From assembly GCA_903845155.1 (NCBI GenBank), contig CAIMWN010000018.1, positions 5,594 to 69,593 on the forward strand: a stretch of DNA of 64,000 nt, given 5' to 3'. The notes under the pieces were generated by a model. That model did not search any database. It was not told the origin of the DNA and saw nothing but the letters and a program-made list of their open reading frames with translations. The position numbers and the translations under genes were made by a program. Position 1 is the first letter of the stretch. Each line of letters starts with the position of its first letter. Of the stretch, positions 8,260-16,288 are shown piece after piece. The stretch is from Oligoflexia bacterium. Lineage in GTDB: Bacteria; Bdellovibrionota; UBA1018; CAIMNF01.

Positions 8260-10058
8260 TTAAGGAAATGAAAATGATTACAGTATTGATGATGTTTTTT
8301 GCGGTGTTAAATTCCAATTCTTTTGCACAAATGCCATCACTCACGTTGCAAGGTGAGTGGGAAGAAATAGGAAGAGCAGCAGCCAAAGCTGCTTCAGTGC
8401 CACGGTCTGAAAGTATGGCGGAGGTACTCAATCAGTTCATTTCTAAGCACATCGAACAGCTTTCGAGTTTTTCACCTATTAGTACAGTAGCAAAACTCTA
8501 TATTAATCAGACTGTTTATCGAAATCTTAAAAATTCACTGCCCGAAGAAGAGCGTGACATGCTTGCAGGCGTGAATAAGGAATGGAATGTTCCACAAAAA
8601 GGCCTTGAAAGGGCATTCTTAACGCCAGAGGCGATGAACAGCGTTTTGTTATTAGGGTCAGATCGTCATCGAGCCCTTTCTCCACTGCTCTCTTGTAGCT
8701 CCTTTTATGCTGCTCATGAACGAACCCAGTCTGGAGAGCGGATACTGGGTAGAAACTTGGATTTCCCCGGAGTAAACAGCCTTGACTACTATTCGTCTGT
8801 TTATTATTTTAATCGTCAAAACGCTTATAGAATACTCTCCATAGCACCGCAAGGTTTTCCGATTCCTGGAATCAGCGGCATGAATGAAAAGGGTCTCGTG
8901 CTTATTTTGCATGAAGCATATAGTGCGCAGGTTTCCAAAAGAGGCCGTCCAATTTTTTCAGTAAATCGTGAAGTGCTAGAAACGACTTCTACGATTGAGG
9001 AAGCGATTGAAGTTTATAAAAAGTACCAATATGAAGCTGGTTGGTTGGTACATTTAAGTGATCGCGATCCTAAAACGGGTCAAGCACGGTCGGCAATTGT
9101 TGAACTGGGGGGTGCTGGGGTAGATGTTCTCTGGGGTAAGGATTCATACTCAGTACTGACGAATTCTTATCGCAGTTCCAGGCAAAAATCTTTTGAGTTA
9201 TTTATTGCTCCAGGAGTTGAGATTCATAATCATGACCGCCTTCAGCGTTTAGATCAATTGGTGACTTCCGAAAAGATCGATTTGAGCCGTGCCTTTAATA
9301 TTCTAAGTGATTCTTATTCGCCCTATTCCGCTTCAATGGTCGATTATTCGGTAAGTTCCATTCGTGCAATTGATCAGGTTAATAGCATGGTTTTTCTTCC
9401 GGATCAGTTAAAAGTAATGGTATCAACTTCGGCTGATCCAGCCAGTAATGGTACATATTATGAATATTCGTTCTCACAGATGGATCAGAAATTAGCCCCA
9501 CGTTTAGTTTCGCCACAAAAAAATGATCTTATTTCTGAATCTCATCTGAAATTGGTTCAAGCCTATCTTTTTGATTTTCAGAAAGCTGACTTTATTCGGT
9601 CTGCAAAGCTGGAGATTGAATCTGACAAACTAGCGGTTGGCTGTGGGTTAAGTCTTTTGGCGGGGGCAGCTCATTTAAGATTAGATGAGATAGATGAAGC
9701 AAAATCTTCCTTGTTACGAGCAATTTCTTGTTCGAGTCTCAGTCCTCACCATCAAATTCTCGCACATTTTTATCTTGCCATGACTCACTGGGGCTTGGGA
9801 GATGTGCTATTAGCAAAAGAGGAGCTATCCTTAGTGATCCAAGGTGAGTCAGCGCTTTTAAATAAAACTGGAATTCCCGGTGATCGTACGCTGATCAAGT
9901 TATCACATTTACTGGTTAAGCGAATAGAGAAGGGAAGAGAGATTTCGAAGAAGGAGATCCATCAACTTGCGCGATTAGATATCAAGGTGATGGATAATCT
10001 CTATGGTTGGAATCTTTCTGGACGAGACCAAAAACCTATGAAGAGACTAAAAAAGTGA
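8256..10058 (+). CDS. Secreted Ntn-hydrolase (peptidase C45 / acyl-CoA:6-APA acyltransferase-like) with C-terminal helical repeats
   Basis: Signal peptide. About 100-aa pro-region then CSSFYA...GRNLDFP, the Cys-nucleophile plus GRN(L/W)D motif of C45/choloylglycine-type Ntn hydrolases. ATGA overlap with the nuclease gene. Confidence 0.55.
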   Translation: MIKEMKMITVLMMFFAVLNSNSFAQMPSLTLQGEWEEIGRAAAKAASVPRSESMAEVLNQFISKHIEQLSSFSPISTVAKLYINQTVYRNLKNSLPEEERDMLAGVNKEWNVPQKGLERAFLTPEAMNSVLLLGSDRHRALSPLLSCSSFYAAHERTQSGERILGRNLDFPGVNSLDYYSSVYYFNRQNAYRILSIAPQGFPIPGISGMNEKGLVLILHEAYSAQVSKRGRPIFSVNREVLETTSTIEEAIEVYKKYQYEAGWLVHLSDRDPKTGQARSAIVELGGAGVDVLWGKDSYSVLTNSYRSSRQKSFELFIAPGVEIHNHDRLQRLDQLVTSEKIDLSRAFNILSDSYSPYSASMVDYSVSSIRAIDQVNSMVFLPDQLKVMVSTSADPASNGTYYEYSFSQMDQKLAPRLVSPQKNDLISESHLKLVQAYLFDFQKADFIRSAKLEIESDKLAVGCGLSLLAGAAHLRLDEIDEAKSSLLRAISCSSLSPHHQILAHFYLAMTHWGLGDVLLAKEELSLVIQGESALLNKTGIPGDRTLIKLSHLLVKRIEKGREISKKEIHQLARLDIKVMDNLYGWNLSGRDQKPMKRLKK

Positions 10059-10089
10059 GCTATTTTAATTAAACTATTGGCAGTCTCGA

Positions 10090-10791
10090 CTAGCGAAGAA
10101 ATCCAAGCAGCACTTCACAATTTCTATTTAATTCCACCGACTCTTCATGGCTTCCACCCTTATCGGGATGAAAAACGCGCGAAAGTGTTCGTTTGGCTTC
10201 TGTAATTATTTCTAGGGTGGGGCCTTCCGGCATGGGGAACCCGTTTAGCAGAAAATAGGCGAGAGCGTCTTCGATTTCGGGAGTAAATGATTTAAGCGAA
10301 GTCGCGCTTTCTCGTTTCTTTTGGGAATTCTTTTTCTCTTGAGTGCGGAGTTTGCTTTTTTGATATTGTTCTTTTCTATATTCTGACGCCCGTTCTTTGG
10401 CTGCTGCTTGATAGGTGGGTTTCGACTGATTTTCTTCGGAAAAAGTTGCTTCTGCTTTGTTGATCTCACGCTTGTTGCTCAAAAAGTCAGGACAACTTTC
10501 TTCGGCACAGAGGAGTGTGGCCCAAATATGTTTACAAAATCGATTTTTTTTCGCTGCGGGGCAGGTACAATCAGCTGTAAATGAAGGGGAAGCGATGTTT
10601 TCCGAGGTGAGGGTAACCTTAAAGGGAGGCGCCACCCTCACATAAGCTTGAATGTCGGTATCAGATTGCGCAGAGAGAGAGACCTTTTCTTGTGCAATGA
10701 GTTTTCTTCCGCTCGATTTGACTTCCGGCTTAAATAAATTTCCGAAAAGTGCTTCGATTGACGTGGATTCTGGCACATTATGCTTATTCAT
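10090..10791 (-). CDS. J-domain protein with N-terminal SWIM-type zinc finger
   Basis: C-terminal J-domain (AKRTLSRVFHPDKGGSHEE...) and N-terminal CxC...CxH (DCTCPAAKKNRFCKHIW). Start shares one nucleotide with the stop of the upstream gene. Confidence 0.55.
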   Translation of the reverse strand: MNKHNVPESTSIEALFGNLFKPEVKSSGRKLIAQEKVSLSAQSDTDIQAYVRVAPPFKVTLTSENIASPSFTADCTCPAAKKNRFCKHIWATLLCAEESCPDFLSNKREINKAEATFSEENQSKPTYQAAAKERASEYRKEQYQKSKLRTQEKKNSQKKRESATSLKSFTPEIEDALAYFLLNGFPMPEGPTLEIITEAKRTLSRVFHPDKGGSHEESVELNRNCEVLLGFLR

Positions 10792-11564
10792 TAAAAGGTA
10801 GCCACCAGAGAAGTAATGAAGGATCGATCGAGATTCTTCACTCCAAAGGCTGAGGGATCACTCGCATAACGAATTCCGTAAGAGGTTTTTAAGTTAAGTC
10901 GGTCGGTTAAGATGACGTTGATGTCGGCCTCAACGCCCACTCGCCAATTTGAAAATTGGTCCACTACCGGCAAATACTCACATGCTACTACAGCATTGGT
11001 ATGCTCGTTCCACAGGTAAGCGGCTTCAAAAAATAGTCGCGCAATGACTGAATTAAACTGGTTTCCGCTAATTTGGTTCTCACTTTGGTATCTGAATCCG
11101 AGCTCCATGGCGCCCTTTGTTCGGTCGCCTTTCCAAAGATTATGCCTCACCCCGACGTCGCTTGCGTACCGTTGTAAATACCCTGCAAATTGGTTTCCTT
11201 CGGTCGATTCAACCATGAATAATCCAAAATTTCGCATGAGTCGGCGTTCATAACGAGCGGCGAGTTTCCATCGTTCTGCTTTGAGTTTGTCATCGGTATT
11301 TTGTTCTAGAAATTGCCCTAGGACTTGCGCAGTTTCTTCGGGCCAACGGTAAGAGAATTCTTGGGAGAGAGCTGTCAGGTTGGTGTTTGTATTACCTTCA
11401 TAAAAAGCCATACCTAACTCGCTCTTGCTTCCAGGTCCTTCTTTGGGCTCATTCATCACGGAAAAAAGCGATCCGGGCAGGGTCATGGCTGTATATGCCG
11501 CAGCACTCGAGGTAAATGCAATTAAATAAACTGCTCCGTACGCAAACCCTGCTCTTAGTTTCAT
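10791..11564 (-). CDS. Outer-membrane beta-barrel protein (DUF481-like)
   Basis: Signal peptide, alternating amphipathic beta-strands, C-terminal ...SLVATF. Confidence 0.5.
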   Translation of the reverse strand: MKLRAGFAYGAVYLIAFTSSAAAYTAMTLPGSLFSVMNEPKEGPGSKSELGMAFYEGNTNTNLTALSQEFSYRWPEETAQVLGQFLEQNTDDKLKAERWKLAARYERRLMRNFGLFMVESTEGNQFAGYLQRYASDVGVRHNLWKGDRTKGAMELGFRYQSENQISGNQFNSVIARLFFEAAYLWNEHTNAVVACEYLPVVDQFSNWRVGVEADINVILTDRLNLKTSYGIRYASDPSAFGVKNLDRSFITSLVATF

Positions 11565-11619
11565 AACTTGAAGAGTAAGCGAGTTTAACTCAGTTTTGCA
11601 ATGATATTGAAGTGTTCGA

Positions 11620-12150
11620 TCAACCTACAGCTGGGGGATTATAAAAGGCCATGTGGTTTTTCAGTTTCCACCTGCTATGGCCGAGAATATTTGTTTTTTC
11701 TTCAAAAATCAGGGTGAAGCCGGTTTCTTTGCTTCCTACTTGCTTGCCCCCTTTCTTGAAATCCATGATTTGGGTGAGAAAGGTGAGTCCGCAACGAACC
11801 ATTCCGTATGCTAAGCCTTCGCCCGGCATATACTTGGTATCATTTTGAATGTATTTTAAATTGAAATTACTCGGGAGCAGTTTTTTGCAATCCCACATCA
11901 CGCGATTTACGCTGTATTGTGTTGCCTCAAGTGGAGTACTTAAGGCTCCTGCATACACTTCTGAAAATGTTTTTCCTTCAAGTGCACCAAGAGTGGCTCC
12001 CTCATCGGTGGGTACAATTTCTATTTTATTAATATTTTCCAAAATCAACTTCATGAAAGGTGCGCTGTCGATGGCGCCGTCATCCGCGCGTGCGCTGGTG
12101 ATGAGTGAATTAAGTGAACAGAGAAGGCTGAATAAAAGTAGGGTTTTCAT
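11620..12150 (-). CDS. Secreted hypothetical protein
   Basis: Signal peptide MKTLLLFSLLCSLNSLITSARA. The ORF-track start at 12183 adds 11 aa. Confidence 0.45.
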   Translation of the reverse strand: MKTLLLFSLLCSLNSLITSARADDGAIDSAPFMKLILENINKIEIVPTDEGATLGALEGKTFSEVYAGALSTPLEATQYSVNRVMWDCKKLLPSNFNLKYIQNDTKYMPGEGLAYGMVRCGLTFLTQIMDFKKGGKQVGSKETGFTLIFEEKTNILGHSRWKLKNHMAFYNPPAVG

Positions 12151-12219
12151 GGCAGCAGCATACCATTTTGTTCTATCGTACACAAGCCGTGTTTATTTAA
12201 TGCCGTCCAACGTTTCTAC

Positions 12220-13074
12220 TTATTTAGTTGATTGCAGATGACAAGCGTGATCTAAAAATGCAAACACATCAGGGAACCAGATATTTACTGCGTGGGTATT
12301 AAAAGCATGGCCTTCTTTAGTAGTGGTTCCTTGCTTTGGATATATTTTCAATTCAAACTTCTTCCCCGCACTTTTCATTTCTGCGGAAAGCGCCCGACTG
12401 GGAGTCAGGTCATAGTCATTTTCTGCTTGAAAAAAGTAGATCGGGCACTTCACCATTCGAACACTCTTTTTAAGTAGTTTTTGGAGTTCGGGGCTTGACT
12501 GCCAACTGTCAGCGCCACCGGATGCATCAAAACCAGCGCAGAACGGTTCTTTAGTAGCGGCGAGAATAGATTCAATTCCACCAAAGGAATTTCCGCCCAC
12601 TGCGATACGTTTGTGATCAATGAAAGTTTGCTTTTTTAACCATGCGTAAGCGGCAAGTTGGTCATCGAGTTGTTCCGTCTTGAGAAGGCTGATCGTCTTG
12701 GTGGATGCCGCTTTCGCTCCCCCTGACCTTCCCGCTTTTTTTATTTCGTCACCGATATATGAACCCGAGTCTTCACTTAAGCCTTGGCCGCGGCGATAGG
12801 GCATGAAAAAGGCCCAGCCATGTTTGACAAAGTAGGGGGCGATTCTCGCGGCAGTTTGGCTGTTGATCATTTTCGCCCCTTTACCGTGATTGTAAAGGAT
12901 AGCGGGAAATGGACCTTTGCCGTCAGGTTTGTAGAGAACTCCACCTAAGGGTAATTTGCCAAGATAAAAATGAATGACATCTGGCATGAGTGCACGTTCT
13001 TCGGCTGCGAATGCAGGTGTTTCGAATTGCCGTGATGAGCACAACAAGAATAAAATGAAGATCGTCAATTTCAT
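12220..13074 (-). CDS. Secreted alpha/beta-hydrolase (dienelactone-hydrolase / S9-like)
   Basis: Signal peptide MKLTIFILFLLCSS. Nucleophile elbow GGNSFGG; downstream ENDYD and EGHAF complete a Ser-Asp-His triad. Confidence 0.65.
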   Translation of the reverse strand: MKLTIFILFLLCSSRQFETPAFAAEERALMPDVIHFYLGKLPLGGVLYKPDGKGPFPAILYNHGKGAKMINSQTAARIAPYFVKHGWAFFMPYRRGQGLSEDSGSYIGDEIKKAGRSGGAKAASTKTISLLKTEQLDDQLAAYAWLKKQTFIDHKRIAVGGNSFGGIESILAATKEPFCAGFDASGGADSWQSSPELQKLLKKSVRMVKCPIYFFQAENDYDLTPSRALSAEMKSAGKKFELKIYPKQGTTTKEGHAFNTHAVNIWFPDVFAFLDHACHLQSTK

Positions 13075-13165
13075 ATGGGTAGGGTATAGCACGTTTCAAT
13101 ACAAGTGGAAACCTGATGTCAGCTTAAACAACGCATTAAGAGTATTTTTGCTGAATAATGCGCCT

Positions 13166-13194
13166 TTGTTGGGAGTTCGTTTTAGTGATAAAAT
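13166..13194 (+). promoter_or_regulatory. Candidate sigma70 promoter placing the transcript start about 1-3 nt before the kinase ATG (leaderless-type)
   Basis: ttgttg (13166-13171), 17-nt spacer, taaaat (13189-13194). ATG at 13203 with no SD. Confidence 0.3.
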
Positions 13195-13202
13195 AGTTCA
13201 CA

Positions 13203-14780
13203 ATGAACGAACTTATTCTCACGGTGGATTTGGGTACCTCCGGACCTAAAGTGGCTCTCTTTGATCAACAAGCAAAGCTGCTTGCTTCGGCATTTGAAGA
13301 AATTCCACTTCTTCTTTTTGAAAATGGGGGTGCTGAGCAACGGCCCGCGGATTGGATCGGCGCAATCAAGCGTTGTTACTCGCAAATGATTTCTGAATCA
13401 AAAATTGACCCGAAACGGATCATTGCGTTGAATTGCACGTCACAATGGAGTGGGACGGTTGCGGTTGATCAATCGGGAACGCCTCTCATGAATTCCATCA
13501 TTTGGATGGATTCGCGAGGTGCAAGTTCGCTCAAAAAATTAAATCAATCTTTATTGAATGTCAGTGGTTACGATGCACTGAAACTACTTCAATGGCTTAG
13601 AATTACGGGTGGGGCACCCTCCATATCAGGTAAGGATTCCCTTGCTCATATTTTGTATATTAAAGATGAATTGCCCGAAATTTATTCGAAGACCTATAAG
13701 TTTCTTGAGCCTAAAGATTTTCTTAATCTTTACTTCAGTGGCCAATTTCTTTCTTCCTATGATGCAATTACGATGCACTGGGTGACGGATAATCGCGATA
13801 TTAATCATATTCAATATCACGATGGACTGCTCAAAATGGTGGGGCTGGATCGGGCAAAACTTCCTGACCTCGTCCCGACCAATTCGGTAGTGGGTAAGAT
13901 TAGGAGGGAAATCGCAGCGGAATTCGGCTTAAATGAAAATGTTCAACTGATCAGTGGAGCAGGCGATATTCACAGTGCCGCAGTAGGGTCGGGTGCGATT
14001 TTAGATTATCAAGCGCACCTTTACATCGGAACCTCGTCTTGGATTGTATATCACTCTCCTGTAAAGAAGACCGATGTCCTACACAATATCGGAACCATCC
14101 CTTCTGGGATTCCCGGGAAATATATGCTTGCCAATGAACAACAAACCGCAGGCGCGTGTCTGCCGTTTTTGCGTAATCAACTATTTTATCCAAAAGACGT
14201 TCTCGACTCGAGAGCGCCGCCAGAGAATTTTTACCTTCTTGCAGATCAACTCGTTGAAACGGTTGCTCCGGGGTCAGATGGTTTGGTGTTTTTACCCTGG
14301 CTTTATGGCGAACGTTCGCCTGTAGATGACGGAAGTGTGCGAGGCGGATTTATGAATTTGACCTTGTCTCATTCGCGAGCGCAGATGATTCGTGCAGTGC
14401 TGGAAGGCGTGGCGATGAATTCCAAGTGGCTGCTTCAACACGTTGAGAAATTGGCCGGAAGAACTTTTGACTCCATTAATTTTATTGGTGGCGGGGCAAA
14501 GAGTGCAACCTGGAGTCAGATTTTCGCCGATGTTTATGACCGCCCAATTCATGCCATGAAAGATCCCATACTTTGTAATAGTCGTGGCACCGCTATTTTA
14601 GCGCTATTAGCACTGAAAAGGATTGAGCTTGCCGATATTGGTAAGTTAGTGGACGTGCAAAAAGTCTTCAACCCACGTAAAGAGAATCGCTCTCTTTATG
14701 ATGACCGTTTTGAACGTTTTTTAGATTTATATAAAATGAATAAACCGTTTTTTAACAGAATGAATAAAAAATCAAAATGA
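13203..14780 (+). CDS. FGGY-family carbohydrate/polyol kinase
   Basis: N-terminal LTVDLGTSGPKVALFD and a conserved C-terminal FGGY region (INFIGGGAKS). 525 aa. Confidence 0.85.
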   Translation: MNELILTVDLGTSGPKVALFDQQAKLLASAFEEIPLLLFENGGAEQRPADWIGAIKRCYSQMISESKIDPKRIIALNCTSQWSGTVAVDQSGTPLMNSIIWMDSRGASSLKKLNQSLLNVSGYDALKLLQWLRITGGAPSISGKDSLAHILYIKDELPEIYSKTYKFLEPKDFLNLYFSGQFLSSYDAITMHWVTDNRDINHIQYHDGLLKMVGLDRAKLPDLVPTNSVVGKIRREIAAEFGLNENVQLISGAGDIHSAAVGSGAILDYQAHLYIGTSSWIVYHSPVKKTDVLHNIGTIPSGIPGKYMLANEQQTAGACLPFLRNQLFYPKDVLDSRAPPENFYLLADQLVETVAPGSDGLVFLPWLYGERSPVDDGSVRGGFMNLTLSHSRAQMIRAVLEGVAMNSKWLLQHVEKLAGRTFDSINFIGGGAKSATWSQIFADVYDRPIHAMKDPILCNSRGTAILALLALKRIELADIGKLVDVQKVFNPRKENRSLYDDRFERFLDLYKMNKPFFNRMNKKSK

Positions 14781-16288
14781 AAAATATTGAAAGTCTGAAT
14801 GGCATCTTCCGTTACTTCCCTCATTGGCTAGTTCGCATGATTGAAAACCTGATGCAAAAAATCCCCAGCGTAAAGCTCATGATTGATGCAGAAAATGAAA
14901 AGATGATGGCTCCTCTCGAGGCATCCCTCAAACCTTATCGAGGTAAATTTGATAGCTTCGCTGCCTTACCGGCCACTTCGCGCCCGAGAAAGACTATTCT
15001 CGAAGATATTCAGAAAATGAATCAAATTGAATCGGATCGTTGGAAGGATGGCTATGTATCGGGCGGGATCTATCATGGGGATCAAGAGCATATTGATTTC
15101 TTGAATCAAGTTTACGCGCTTCATTCGCAAAGTAATCCACTCCATAGTGATCTATTTCCTTCTGCTACGAAATTTGAAGCCGAAATCGTTTCGATGGTGG
15201 CAGGCATGCTGGGGGGAGGGACGCCGAGTGCTCCGTCGGTAGTGGGAACAGTTACTTCAGGTGGTACCGAGAGTATTCTTTTAGCCATGAAAACTTATCG
15301 AGATCGGGCGAGGGCCGAACGCGGAATTTATGAACCAGAAATTATTGTCGCAGAGACCGCGCATGCCGCTTTCGACAAAGCTTCGCAATATTTTGGAATC
15401 AACATGGTCAAGGTTCCAGTAGATTCGAACTTTAAAATGGACCTCTCGCGGGTAAAACGTGCAATTGGCAGCAAAACGGTGGCACTCGTAGGATCATCTC
15501 CGTCATTTCCTCATGGGATAATCGATCCTATTGAAGGCCTTTCAGAATTGGCCACCAAGTATAAATTGGGTTTGCATGTGGACGCATGTTTGGGCGGGTT
15601 TATTCTTCCCTTTGCTCGCAAGCTTGGGGCACCTGTGCCTGCCTTTGATTTTAATTTACCGGCTGTCACTTCGATGAGTGTCGATACTCATAAATATGGG
15701 TTCGCTGCAAAGGGGACCTCGGTAGTTCTGTATCGCACTCCTGAACTCCGACATTATCAGTATTACACCACCACGGAGTGGCCAGGCGGTTTGTATTTTT
15801 CACCTACCCTTGCGGGAAGTAGACCAGGGGCACTGAGTGCTGCTTGTTGGGCGGCAATGTTATCGATGGGTGAAGAGGGTTACTTGCGTAGCACGCGCGC
15901 CATTCTTGATACTGCGGCAAAGATACGGGAGGGCCTGAAATCAATTCCTGAACTGCGTTTATTGGGAGATCCAATTTGGATATTTGCCCTCGCTTCAGAC
16001 ACCGTAAATATTTATGAAGTTTTAGATCAAATGAATCAGCGGCACTGGAGTTTGAACGGACTCCATAAGCCTTCCTGTTTTCATTTTGCGTTGACCTTAC
16101 GTCAAACTCAGCCGGGAGTGGCAGAGCGATTCTTGCAAGACCTGAAAGATTCTGTTGCGTATGTGAAGAAAAACCCGAGCCCGAATGAAGGCCTCGCACC
16201 CGTGTACGGGATGGCGGCATCGCTTCCATTTCGCGGTATTTTAAGTGACGTGCTTAAAAAATATCTCGATATTGTTTATAAGGTTTAG
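14777..16288 (+). CDS. Sphingosine-1-phosphate-lyase-like PLP-dependent enzyme (group II decarboxylase fold)
   Basis: TSMSVDTHKYGFAAKGTSVVLYR...YQYYTTTEWPGGLYFSPTLAGSRPG aligns almost residue-for-residue with the human SGPL1 active-site region ([20 protein letters not shown]...). GGTESILLA precedes it. ATGA overlap with the kinase. Confidence 0.85.
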   Translation: MKNIESLNGIFRYFPHWLVRMIENLMQKIPSVKLMIDAENEKMMAPLEASLKPYRGKFDSFAALPATSRPRKTILEDIQKMNQIESDRWKDGYVSGGIYHGDQEHIDFLNQVYALHSQSNPLHSDLFPSATKFEAEIVSMVAGMLGGGTPSAPSVVGTVTSGGTESILLAMKTYRDRARAERGIYEPEIIVAETAHAAFDKASQYFGINMVKVPVDSNFKMDLSRVKRAIGSKTVALVGSSPSFPHGIIDPIEGLSELATKYKLGLHVDACLGGFILPFARKLGAPVPAFDFNLPAVTSMSVDTHKYGFAAKGTSVVLYRTPELRHYQYYTTTEWPGGLYFSPTLAGSRPGALSAACWAAMLSMGEEGYLRSTRAILDTAAKIREGLKSIPELRLLGDPIWIFALASDTVNIYEVLDQMNQRHWSLNGLHKPSCFHFALTLRQTQPGVAERFLQDLKDSVAYVKKNPSPNEGLAPVYGMAASLPFRGILSDVLKKYLDIVYKV

